From Dehalococcoidia bacterium (GTDB lineage Bacteria; Chloroflexota; Dehalococcoidia; Bin125), in the NCBI GenBank assembly GCA_965204335.1, contig OZ241982.1, positions 2,889,691-2,953,690 on the forward strand: a DNA stretch of 64,000 bases. The letters are read 5' to 3'. The position numbers and the translations under genes are program-made. The notes under the pieces are model-generated. The model did no database searches and was not told where the DNA came from. It was given only the letters and a program-made list of their open reading frames with translations. Positions 7,805 through 16,745 of this stretch are shown here, piece after piece. Within the stretch, counting starts at the first letter, position 1, and each line of letters opens with the position of its first letter.

Positions 7805-10279
7805 GACCTGGCCTCGCTCCAGTTCAGCGCTGGCCAGCCAGGCGTTGACCGGCGCGTCCTCGGGCACGACCCAACGCGAGGTCGAGCTCATGCCGACGCC
7901 GTCCGGGACGTAGGTGGCCTGGACGAGTCCGTTGCTCAGACGTCGCGCGTAGATCCGGCCCAGCTCCTCGCCGTCATGGGTGATCGGCGCGGTCCGCAAC
8001 CACTGGTCGACCGCCGCGCCGACGGGCAACAGTCGTTGCACCGGGAGCGCGCGGTCGCCGTTCGAGAGATCGGCGGCGAACTCGACCCGTCCGTCGCTCA
8101 GCACACGGGCCAGCAGACGGTTAGCGGTCACCGCGGGCGGTGCGGGAGGCTCAGTGGCGGCTTCCGGCGCCGGGATGACCGGGTTCGAGTCCAGGTCCAG
8201 ACCGGACAGCAGCAGATCGTGATCGTCGCTCGCTGCGGAGGCTCCGCAGTAGGCGCGATCCAGCATGTGCCCGTAGATCGGCGACTGCAGGCGCAGCGCG
8301 CCGTCGGAGAACGAGAGCGCGCTTGAGTCGACGCCGCAGTCGATGCCGCCAGCGTAGGCGTCGAGGGCGGCGGCCACGCCGGGGTCGCTCCAGCCGCCCT
8401 CCGCGTCGCGTTTCATCAACACGAGCAGGGCGGCTTCGATCAGCCGTGCGTCGACCTGTTGCGCGAAGGCAAGCCGGGCGTGGACCTCCAGCGCCTCGTT
8501 CGATGAGATCACCCGATCGGGCTCCAGCAGGCTGCTCCAGTCTCTGGCGAACTGCTCAATGCGCAGGGCGGCCGCGCGTCCCGCGAGCACCACAATCCGC
8601 TCGGCCATGTCAGCGCTCTGGAACTGCTGTGGGTCGAACCCGGCGTTGAGGAGCGTTTCGTCGTGCGCCGAGTTGAGCGTTTGCAGCAGCACGTCGAGGG
8701 TCGGCGCCGAGGCGACCGCGACCTCGGAAATCGGCAGGCCGATCGGTCCGGCGCTCGAACTGAACGAACCGGTCAGCGCCCGCAGCTCGTCGATCGCCGA
8801 GCCGAAGCCGGCGACCACCTGCGTCCGAACCCCGGCGGCGTAGATGGCACGGGATGTGATCTCAGGATCAAGCCCCTCGTCGTCGTCGGCAGCATTGCTC
8901 GGTTCCGTGTCCTCGTCGGTCGGTTCGTCGTCTTCAGTCGCGAGCGGCGCGACGTCGGTGGTCACGACGCCATCGTCTGCGGCAACGGCGGCCACGCGGT
9001 ACTCGGCATTGTCGACGCTGACCGTGACGGGATCGAACTCGATTCCGCTGAGCACCATGATCGGACGCGACAGCCAATGACTGGAGAAACTCTCGAAGTC
9101 GTCGTTGACGAGGATCACCTGCAACATCACGTCGGTGGGGCCGGCGCGCCACCTGAACAAGCCCTCGAACGGTTGCAGCTGCGGCAATGGCCGGCTTCCG
9201 AATGCACTGACCGCATCGCTGGAGTGATAGGACGCGCCGACTCCGAAGAGTTCCGTCTCTCCGTCCGTCGTGTCGATGTTCGGCGTGCGCCAGTCGCTGA
9301 TGTAGGGCCAACGGACCCTGACCTGGACGCTCGCGTCCGGTAGCGCCGACAGTGGCTCGTCGCCCAGATTGCCGACTCGATAGTTGAGCTCGAAGGGCAA
9401 CCCGAGCACGACCCGGTCGGGCGCGTCGATCTGCTCCAGCTTGATGATCGGTGCGTCTTCATCCGATGCGATGGTGAGTTCGAACTCGGCCGCAATCAGA
9501 CCCTTCAGGTCGCGATCTCCCCAGTTCGTCGCCTCGATCGCGTAGACCCCTGCGCCGAGGAACCTCTCGATCCGCGAGTTGAAGCCAACGCCGCCGTCGT
9601 CGTCGGATTCGAGCAGGGTCCCGCTCTCGTCCAGCAGATAGACAAACGAGTCGGCCAGCTCTGATGTCAGATCGATCTGAATGCGGCGCGTGTCGGTCAG
9701 CTGGAAGCGGTAGCGCTGTCCGGCACGATCGGGGCGGTAGTCGGACTGGCATCCGAAGTGGGACCATTCGCTCGTGACGGCGAGTGTGTCCACGAGCACA
9801 CCCAGATCGACCACGTCGAGACAGCCCTCGACGACGCGCACGGTGAGCTCGAAGGAGCCACCCTGTCGCCCCGACCAACCGAGGGCGCCGGCTTCGATCT
9901 GGTACGTGCCGGCCGAGAGGCCGCGTTCGATGCGGGCGTTGACGCCGCCGCCGGTGTCGTCGTCGGCATCGATCAGCCTGCCGTCCTCGGACTGCAGGTA
10001 CAGGAGGGTGTCTCGTTCGGACGAACTGAGGTCGATTCGCACTTCGGCCGGTTCGGCCAGGGAGAAGGTGAACAGCCGGCCCGGCCGCCGATCGAGGAAT
10101 TGCGATCGGTCGCACTCGTCGCCCGACCAGGCGCCGCTCGCGCTCAGGATGTCGGTGAGTTCACCCAGCGATGTCGGCGCGGGACATTCGGCTGAGGTTT
10201 CCTGGGCTTGAACGGACTCCCAGCCAGCGAACGCCAAACACAGCAGCAAGAATGTCAACGCGGCCAGAGGCTTATGCAT
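7685..10279 (-). CDS. large secreted protein with two pre-peptidase C-terminal (PPC)-like repeats
   Basis: Signal peptide MHKPLAALTFLLLCLAFAG at the ATG at 10279. Two internal ~70 aa repeats (RLFTFSLAEPAEVRIDLSS..DTLLYLQSEDGRLIDADDD and RFQLTDTRRIQIDLTS..DSFVYLLDESGTLLESDDD) fit the PPC/bacterial pre-peptidase domain pattern. The 3' end overlaps hisG by about 120 bp. Confidence 0.5.
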   Translation of the reverse strand: MHKPLAALTFLLLCLAFAGWESVQAQETSAECPAPTSLGELTDILSASGAWSGDECDRSQFLDRRPGRLFTFSLAEPAEVRIDLSSSERDTLLYLQSEDGRLIDADDDTGGGVNARIERGLSAGTYQIEAGALGWSGRQGGSFELTVRVVEGCLDVVDLGVLVDTLAVTSEWSHFGCQSDYRPDRAGQRYRFQLTDTRRIQIDLTSELADSFVYLLDESGTLLESDDDGGVGFNSRIERFLGAGVYAIEATNWGDRDLKGLIAAEFELTIASDEDAPIIKLEQIDAPDRVVLGLPFELNYRVGNLGDEPLSALPDASVQVRVRWPYISDWRTPNIDTTDGETELFGVGASYHSSDAVSAFGSRPLPQLQPFEGLFRWRAGPTDVMLQVILVNDDFESFSSHWLSRPIMVLSGIEFDPVTVSVDNAEYRVAAVAADDGVVTTDVAPLATEDDEPTDEDTEPSNAADDDEGLDPEITSRAIYAAGVRTQVVAGFGSAIDELRALTGSFSSSAGPIGLPISEVAVASAPTLDVLLQTLNSAHDETLLNAGFDPQQFQSADMAERIVVLAGRAAALRIEQFARDWSSLLEPDRVISSNEALEVHARLAFAQQVDARLIEAALLVLMKRDAEGGWSDPGVAAALDAYAGGIDCGVDSSALSFSDGALRLQSPIYGHMLDRAYCGASAASDDHDLLLSGLDLDSNPVIPAPEAATEPPAPPAVTANRLLARVLSDGRVEFAADLSNGDRALPVQRLLPVGAAVDQWLRTAPITHDGEELGRIYARRLSNGLVQATYVPDGVGMSSTSRWVVPEDAPVNAWLASAELERGQVSGDDLVQRVADQAAGPGAAQFGDHLSLLALIENNLQRNP

Positions 10280-10448
10280 CGGATGATCCAATCGAACTAC
10301 TTTATGTACAACATGTCCAGCGCACATGGTATCCGCCCTTCGGAAGAAACAACACGACGGGCAACAGGAGCGCCGTTCGTCCGGCGCTCGCAGGCTGGTC
10401 CCTGGCTCCCTGAAGCCGGTGTTCTGGAAGGGTCTTCACCTCGGAGGA

Positions 10449-11591
10449 CTACTGATCCTCCGGATCCTCACGATCTTCGGCATCGTCCTCGGCGGGCGGT
10501 TCGGGATCCGCGGGCGGCGGCTGGGGGCGGAAGCGCTCGGGCACCAGGTGACGGGGATCATCGTGGAAATCGCTCCGGCAATCGATATGGCCTTCGGCGG
10601 TGATGGTGCAGGAGGCCTGGTCGCCGAAGAGGCTGACATAGGCGCCGGAGGCCGCGGCTTCGTCGTCGAGACCGCCCTCGAAGAGGATGGTGAACGGGAT
10701 CGACCAGGACTGGAACCGGATCAGATCCGGCGGGCAGTACTCGATCTCGGGAGCGATCAGGTCGAGACATGAGTGGAACGTCTGACGGCATTGGATCGAG
10801 CCGTCTTCGACGATCGCGCAACCTTGAGCGCCGAGCACGTGGACGTTGCGGAACAGCTGGGTGTACGGCTCGGGCGGGCCGGGCGCAGTGCGAGACAGCG
10901 CCGTGCGGCACCGGACATCGCCCTCGGCGGTGACTCCGCAAACGCCGTTGCCGCTGGGCGCGATCCGAACGAAGGGGCCGGCGTCAGAGACGAATCCGTC
11001 GATGGTCAGGTCACCCCAGCAGGTGGTGGCGCCTTCAGCGTCGAGGGCGCAGAATTCGCGGCCGGTGTTGATCAATTGGATGAAACCGGCGTCTTCGGGG
11101 GCGGGACTCTCGGGCAGGGCCAGGCCCCAGCACGCAATCTCACCCTCGACGCTGCGCGCGCAGGCGTAGTGACGCCAGGGGTGGACGACGACCTGAACCA
11201 GGTCGTCGCGCTCGGGAGGCAGGAGTTCGGCGAGGCCGGTCAAATCGAGGTCGGCGTCGGGATCGCGGGCGGTAAAGCTCTCGACGGCCTCATACAACCG
11301 GTCATAGCCGGCGCCCCAACAGATGACGGTTGACTCAACGGTGATGGCGCACGCGTCGGTCGGACCGACGCTCAGGTCGGTGAATGCTCCCTGAGGCACA
11401 TCGTGAACGAGCGGGACGTCGAATCCCCAGCATGAGATCTCGCCGGCGTCGGTGAGGGCGCAGGCGGCGGTCGGGCTGATGGCGATCTGCACGGGGGTCT
11501 CGGCGCGGGCGGGAGCAATGAGCAGCCAGGCGAGCAGCACCAGGGCAGAGAGCAGCGGAATGACGCGGATTGCAAGTCGGAGCGGAGGCAT
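10449..11591 (-). CDS. secreted protein with seven Cys-pair repeats (x-C-A-h-T-x-x-G-x-h-x-C-W-G), RCC1/beta-propeller-like
   Basis: Signal peptide MPPLRLAIRVIPLLSALVLLAWLLIAPARA at ATG 11591. Repeats ACALTDAGEISCWG, ACAITVESTVICWG, ACARSVEGEIACWG, FCALDAEGATTCWG and others. Acidic C-terminal tail. Confidence 0.5.
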   Translation of the reverse strand: MPPLRLAIRVIPLLSALVLLAWLLIAPARAETPVQIAISPTAACALTDAGEISCWGFDVPLVHDVPQGAFTDLSVGPTDACAITVESTVICWGAGYDRLYEAVESFTARDPDADLDLTGLAELLPPERDDLVQVVVHPWRHYACARSVEGEIACWGLALPESPAPEDAGFIQLINTGREFCALDAEGATTCWGDLTIDGFVSDAGPFVRIAPSGNGVCGVTAEGDVRCRTALSRTAPGPPEPYTQLFRNVHVLGAQGCAIVEDGSIQCRQTFHSCLDLIAPEIEYCPPDLIRFQSWSIPFTILFEGGLDDEAAASGAYVSLFGDQASCTITAEGHIDCRSDFHDDPRHLVPERFRPQPPPADPEPPAEDDAEDREDPEDQ

Positions 11592-11714
11592 GGGCTGATT
11601 CTTCGCGATAGTTGGGAGCAAGATAGAGGAGCGAGCATCGGCTGTGGCGGGTCGAGGACGCCTGTCCACAGTCGGCTACGATCGCTGCACGAGACAGCTT
11701 GACAGGAACATGCG

Positions 11715-13154
11715 ATGGCACTTCGAACTGCGGCCGAGTACGTCGAGTCACTCCGCGACGGGCGAGAAATCTGGTACCGCGGAGAACGGGTCGACGATGT
11801 GACGACGCATCCGACCATCAGCAAAGCGGTCAAACACGCCTGCATCGATTACGAAATGGCCGAGTCGGACGAGTACCGCGACCTCGCCACGTACGAGGAG
11901 AATGGCGAGAGCTACTCGGCCTACTACCGAATCCCGCGCAGCACGAGAGATTTGCTCGATCGCTCGAAGCTGATCGAGGCTGCGACCGCCGAAGGCGACA
12001 CGCTGGTCGTGCTGATCAAGGAGATTGGCACGGACGCGTTGTTTGCTCTGCTGGCCGTGACATCCGAGTTCGAGGATCCTGTCTACTTCGAACGCGCCAA
12101 CGCGTTCTACGAGCACTGCCGCTCGAACGACCTCTCTCTGGCCGTGGCGCAGACGGACGTCAAGGGCGATCGGATTCGGCGCCCGTCGCAGCAATCCGAC
12201 CCGGACATGTACCTGCGCGTCGTGGAGCGGCGACCGGACGGAGTCGTCGTGCGCGGCGCGAAGGCTCACACATCGGTCGTGACCAACACGAACGAGGTGA
12301 TCGTGCTGCCGACTCGGGCGATGGGTCCGGACGAAGAGGACTGGGCAATCGCATTCGCCCTGCCGGTCGACACGCCGAATCTACGCTTCATCGCATCGCC
12401 CTTCGGCGACAACGCGACGCATGAAGGCGAGCGACCGATTTCGGCCGTGCGCAAGATGATGGAGACGATCACGATCTTCGACGATGTGTTCGTCCCCAAC
12501 GATCGCATCTTCCTCGACGGCGACACGGAAGCGGCGGGCAATCTGGCGCTGACGTTCGTCGAGTACCACCGCTTCACGGCGGTTTCGTACAAGCTGCCGC
12601 TGATCGACGCGCTGGGCGGCTGTGCGGCGCTCGCGGCGGACTACAACGGGATCATTGGGGTCTCGCATGTACGAGAGAAGTTTGTCGACCTGATCTCGTA
12701 TGCAGAGACGACTCGCGCGTTGATCGAGAAATCGGCCGAGCGCTGCATCGAAAAGCCGAACGGTCAGGTCGCTCCCGACCCGATGACGGTCAACCTGGCC
12801 AAGTCGCATTTCGCGCATGGCTATCACGAGGCGGTGCAACACGTGCAGGAGATTGCCGGCGGCATCCTGGTCACCGGTCCCGGCGACGAGGACTGGGAGA
12901 CCGAGGAGTTGCGTCCGTTCCTGCAAAAGTACCTGGCCGGGCGGGACGGGGTCGATGGCGAGCAGAGAATGAAGCTGCTCAACTTCATTCGCGACCTGAC
13001 ATCGTCCGACTATGGGGCGTACCAGGAAGTGCTGGCGATCCACGCCGAGGGATCGTTGCAGGCGGAGCGGCTGCAGGTCTTCCGCGCGTTCAACGAGAAC
13101 GGCAACGCGCGTCGGGTGATGCGGCTCGCCGGTAGAATGGCTGGCGTGAGGTAG
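11715..13154 (+). CDS. 4-hydroxyphenylacetate 3-monooxygenase oxygenase-component family (HpaB-like) protein
   Basis: 479 aa. The N-terminus MALRTAAEYVESLRDGREIWYRGERVDDVTTHP and overall length match the HpaB/4-hydroxybutyryl-CoA dehydratase family. Confidence 0.75.
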   Translation: MALRTAAEYVESLRDGREIWYRGERVDDVTTHPTISKAVKHACIDYEMAESDEYRDLATYEENGESYSAYYRIPRSTRDLLDRSKLIEAATAEGDTLVVLIKEIGTDALFALLAVTSEFEDPVYFERANAFYEHCRSNDLSLAVAQTDVKGDRIRRPSQQSDPDMYLRVVERRPDGVVVRGAKAHTSVVTNTNEVIVLPTRAMGPDEEDWAIAFALPVDTPNLRFIASPFGDNATHEGERPISAVRKMMETITIFDDVFVPNDRIFLDGDTEAAGNLALTFVEYHRFTAVSYKLPLIDALGGCAALAADYNGIIGVSHVREKFVDLISYAETTRALIEKSAERCIEKPNGQVAPDPMTVNLAKSHFAHGYHEAVQHVQEIAGGILVTGPGDEDWETEELRPFLQKYLAGRDGVDGEQRMKLLNFIRDLTSSDYGAYQEVLAIHAEGSLQAERLQVFRAFNENGNARRVMRLAGRMAGVR

Positions 13155-13156
13155 GG

Positions 13157-13822
13157 ATGCCGGAACTGCCGCTCTTTCCGCTTCAAATCGTCGTGTTTCC
13201 CGGCGAGTCGGTGCCGCTGCACATCTTTGAACCTCGCTACCGTCAACTGGTCAAGGACACGCTCCAAACCGGCGAACCGTTCGGCATCGTTCTGACACGT
13301 CGCACTCGACAACAGGCCGGCCCGGAGGATCGCGAGCCGACCCACGAAATCGGTTGCACCGTGCGGATGGAGTCGAATGAAGCGTTTCCCGACGGTCGCT
13401 TCAACATCGGCTGTATCGGCGAGCGCCGCTTCCGGATCATCGAGAAGTTGGGCGAACGGCCCTACTGGGTGGCCGAGGTGGAGTATCTCGACGATCCGGC
13501 CGACGCGGACTCGGCTGAGGCGTACATCTCATACGACACATCGGCTTCGCTCTACCGGGAGCACCTCGGACTCGCCCTGGCCCTGCAAAACTCCTGGCAG
13601 CGCACGTATCGCCTGCCGAGACGTCCCAATCCACTGGTCAATCACATCGCCTCGAGCATCGAAGCGCCGGCCTCGGTCAAGCAGGAGATCCTCAAGTCCG
13701 AGTCGACGGTGGAGCAACTCAATCTGCTCAGCCGGATCCTCAGGGCGTCAAACCGTCAACTCATGGATCGTGTCAGCCTGCATCACAAGCAGCGCTACGA
13801 GGGTCTCGGCGTCGGGAACTGA
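13157..13822 (+). CDS. LON N-terminal substrate-binding domain protein
   Basis: MPELPLFPLQIVVFPGESVPLHIFEPRYRQLV is the canonical Lon N-terminal domain start. Start codon is 3 nt after the HpaB-like stop. Confidence 0.7.
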   Translation: MPELPLFPLQIVVFPGESVPLHIFEPRYRQLVKDTLQTGEPFGIVLTRRTRQQAGPEDREPTHEIGCTVRMESNEAFPDGRFNIGCIGERRFRIIEKLGERPYWVAEVEYLDDPADADSAEAYISYDTSASLYREHLGLALALQNSWQRTYRLPRRPNPLVNHIASSIEAPASVKQEILKSESTVEQLNLLSRILRASNRQLMDRVSLHHKQRYEGLGVGN

Positions 13823-13831
13823 GCGACGGCT

Positions 13832-14242
13832 CTACTCCGTCAGCGGAGCCAGGATCTCCACCAGTTCCGCAACACTCTCGATGTCGGCGGCAATTGCGTG
13901 GGCATTCAGGAACCGTGCCCGACGATAGTAGTTGCCGTGCAGATCGTTCGCGATCGCTCGCAGCGGGCGAATCTGGTCATTGCCGGTCAGCTGCCAGGCA
14001 TTGTTCAGAACGTGGCTGAAGTCTCGGTGTCTGTCATACTCCCAGCCTTGCGCTGCCGCTACAGCCTTGGCCATGTGCGCAGCGGCGCCCCAGGCCTTCT
14101 CGGAGGCCTGATGCAAATCACCGGCGGCCACGTACTCTCGAGCCCGCTCCAGGAACTGCAGCGACTGCTGCGCGAAGTCTTCCACTTCAGCTCGATCTGC
14201 TGTCGTCATTGCATCGCCTCTCGCAGTTTCCGGCAGTTCCAT
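13832..14242 (-). CDS. small helical protein, PaREP1/HEPN-like (tentative)
   Basis: 136 aa. The EKAWGAAAHMAKAVAAAQGW segment is reminiscent of PaREP1-type helical proteins. Assignment is by eye only. Confidence 0.3.
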   Translation of the reverse strand: MELPETARGDAMTTADRAEVEDFAQQSLQFLERAREYVAAGDLHQASEKAWGAAAHMAKAVAAAQGWEYDRHRDFSHVLNNAWQLTGNDQIRPLRAIANDLHGNYYRRARFLNAHAIAADIESVAELVEILAPLTE

Positions 14243-14257
14243 CCTATCCGTGCCAAC

Positions 14258-15412
14258 TTACAGAGCGGTGATGCCGTTCTGGCGGATGTGACGGGTGACG
14301 GTCAGGCGCAGCAGTTCGGTTGGGCCTTCTGCGATTCTCAGGGAGCGGCTCGTGCGGTAGAGGCGCTCCAGCGGATGTCCCCGGAGCAGCGCCTGGGGTC
14401 CGTGGAGCTGGATGGCGCGGTCGACCGTCCGGTGCAGACACTCGGAAGCGAGCCACTTGGCTGCGGCAACCTGCGTGCCGGCGGTGGGCTCGTCGGCCTC
14501 ACGAGCGCCGGCGGCCTGGTACAGCGCGGTTCTCGCGGAGAACGTGTCGGCCGCCATGTCGGCGAAGATCGCCTGGACCTGCTGCTGCTCGGCCAGCGGT
14601 TGGCCGCTGCGATGCGGTCCCTCGATTCGCTCAAGCGTGGTGCGCAACACCCAACGCGACCAACCGACACAATCCGCCGCCACGCCGAGGCGCATGCGAT
14701 CGATGTTTTGCAGCGCGCGGGGCAGCCCGTCGCCGACGCTGCCCAGCAATCTCGATGCGGGCACGGCGACGGACTCGAAGTTGAATGGCGAGTGCGTGCT
14801 GCCGTCGATCGACGCGCCCAGCTCGCCCTCGGTCACGCCTTCCGCCTCCCGGTCGACGACCAGCAGTGCCGTTCCCTCGTCCGGCACGTTGGCGACCACG
14901 ACGAGCCAGTCGGAAGCCGCGCCTCCGGTGACGAACCCCTTCGATCCGGTGACGAGGAAGCCGTCTGAGCCGTCATCGAGCGTGGCGCGCAGCGCCTGGG
15001 TCGGCTGGCGTGTGCCGTCGGGTCGCAGAGCCTCGGTGAAGGCGAATGCGGCGGTTCGCTCGCCGCGCAGTACCGGGAGGTACAGCTCCTCACGCTGAGC
15101 ATCGTTGTCGGCGAAGCGCATGACGCCCGGGCCGGAACCGAGCGCTCGAGCGGCGATCGGGTTGCCGCTCAACGAAAGCGCCTCGTGTGCGGCCGTGATC
15201 GTCCGGGGTCCGGCGCCGAGACCGCCGTCGGCTTGGGGAACGGCCAGCTGGTAGAAACCGGCGGCATCGGAGCGTCTGGCGATCTCGCGGCGCAGTTCGG
15301 GCGACGCTGATTCGGGATCCTCGCCGGTCGTGATCGGGTCGATCTCGTGCTGGACGAAACTCAGCAGTCGGGACTGGAGGTCGGCGAGGTCGGCAGGCAA
15401 CTCGAAATGCAT
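14258..15412 (-). CDS. acyl-CoA dehydrogenase family protein
   Basis: 384 aa. The C-terminal ...QLHGPQALLRGHPLERLYRTSRSLRIAEGPTELLR is the ACAD C-terminal helical domain signature. Confidence 0.75.
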   Translation of the reverse strand: MHFELPADLADLQSRLLSFVQHEIDPITTGEDPESASPELRREIARRSDAAGFYQLAVPQADGGLGAGPRTITAAHEALSLSGNPIAARALGSGPGVMRFADNDAQREELYLPVLRGERTAAFAFTEALRPDGTRQPTQALRATLDDGSDGFLVTGSKGFVTGGAASDWLVVVANVPDEGTALLVVDREAEGVTEGELGASIDGSTHSPFNFESVAVPASRLLGSVGDGLPRALQNIDRMRLGVAADCVGWSRWVLRTTLERIEGPHRSGQPLAEQQQVQAIFADMAADTFSARTALYQAAGAREADEPTAGTQVAAAKWLASECLHRTVDRAIQLHGPQALLRGHPLERLYRTSRSLRIAEGPTELLRLTVTRHIRQNGITAL

Positions 15413-15464
15413 CTGTGCGGCTCCGGTATCCGGTTGGCGGGATTCTGCTCCCCTGTGGGCATCG

Positions 15465-16688
15465 CTAATCGCTCATCTGCGCCAGTTCAAACTCGCGCAG
15501 GTCCGGGGTTCGGGCATGCGTCAGGGCGACTCCGAGGAGTCGCGCGGAGCCCAGCATCAGGCGCGCCTGCACGAGATCGGAGTCGGACGCATCGGCTCGG
15601 GCGAGCAGGATCACTCCGGCGGCCGATTCGGCAACGGCGAGCGTCGAGTCGTCCGCAAGCGCGTCGGTTAGCAACAGGACATAGCCGTCTGGAGTTCGAA
15701 CGCGGTTTGCGGCACGCACGATCAGCTCCGAACGACGCACGGACGACCACGACGCGCCGACCAACCAGGACGGCGGCGTGGAATAGGCAAGCTCGAATGC
15801 GGGGAGTCGGCTGTCCAGCCAGATCACCGGCCGGCCTCGCGCCGCGAGCGTGCGAGCGGTTCGAATCAAGGTGGCGGTGACCCTCGACTGATCGTCAAGC
15901 GGCACCAGCGCCACGATGCCGGACACTGAATTGATCGCGTTGGCGAGCATGACCGCTTCGTCCTTGGTTCCACGCTCCTGGGTCGCGCTGACCAGCGTGC
16001 CGGAGGATTGATTGGATCCCTCGCCCGCCGCATGTTCCGCTTCGGCGGAGATCACCGCCAGCGGCCTGAGTCCGATCCGCCCGAGCCGACCCAGGGTCGA
16101 GGCCGGACCGCTCGATCTGCGGGCGATGCCCCAGGCCAACGCGAGGCCGCCGGCCAGTCCGATGGCGGAGGCCCAGGCCGCGGCCCACTCGGTCGCCGGT
16201 GCGACTTTCCTGGCGCCGGGCCGGACCAGTCCGAGCACATCCAGGCCCGCCTCGTCGCCGTAGCGGATGTACGCCTCGTTGACGGCGGCGTGCGCCAGCG
16301 ATATGGCGAGTGACTCGGCGTCCGCCTGTCGCGGTGCGCGCACGGTGACGCGGATCAAGGTGTCGGTCAGTTCGACCGCGACCGCGTCAAGCTCCGGCGG
16401 TCCGTCTTCGGTCGCCATCATGCCCGACGAGGCGGCGTCCTGCACGGCGGGATCGAGCAGGAGCTCGGCGTACTCTGAAGCGCTGGGACCTCCGCGGGCC
16501 CAGAGATGGACATCGGCGTCCCACGCGGAGGCGACGCTCTGCGCCGCGAGCACGGCGATGACCGCGGCCAACGCCGCCATCACGAGCGGCAGCCACCAGG
16601 CGAACCCGTCACTCAATCCACGCGTCTTCGGCACAATCCGAGTGTATCCGGGAGGTGAGCGGACATCGCTGGTTGACGGCGACGCCAT
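15465..16688 (-). CDS. two-TM membrane protein with periplasmic Wzz-like segment and degenerate C-terminal P-loop-less ATPase-like domain
   Basis: TM helices around aa 30-50 and 165-185. C-terminal domain resembles BY-kinase/ParA-fold proteins but no GKS/GKT Walker A motif is present. Confidence 0.35.
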   Translation of the reverse strand: MASPSTSDVRSPPGYTRIVPKTRGLSDGFAWWLPLVMAALAAVIAVLAAQSVASAWDADVHLWARGGPSASEYAELLLDPAVQDAASSGMMATEDGPPELDAVAVELTDTLIRVTVRAPRQADAESLAISLAHAAVNEAYIRYGDEAGLDVLGLVRPGARKVAPATEWAAAWASAIGLAGGLALAWGIARRSSGPASTLGRLGRIGLRPLAVISAEAEHAAGEGSNQSSGTLVSATQERGTKDEAVMLANAINSVSGIVALVPLDDQSRVTATLIRTARTLAARGRPVIWLDSRLPAFELAYSTPPSWLVGASWSSVRRSELIVRAANRVRTPDGYVLLLTDALADDSTLAVAESAAGVILLARADASDSDLVQARLMLGSARLLGVALTHARTPDLREFELAQMSD

Positions 16689-16745
16689 GATGTCAAACGG
16701 GATTACGTTCGCTTGAGGCAGGGCTCGCTCAAGTAATCTCGTGCC

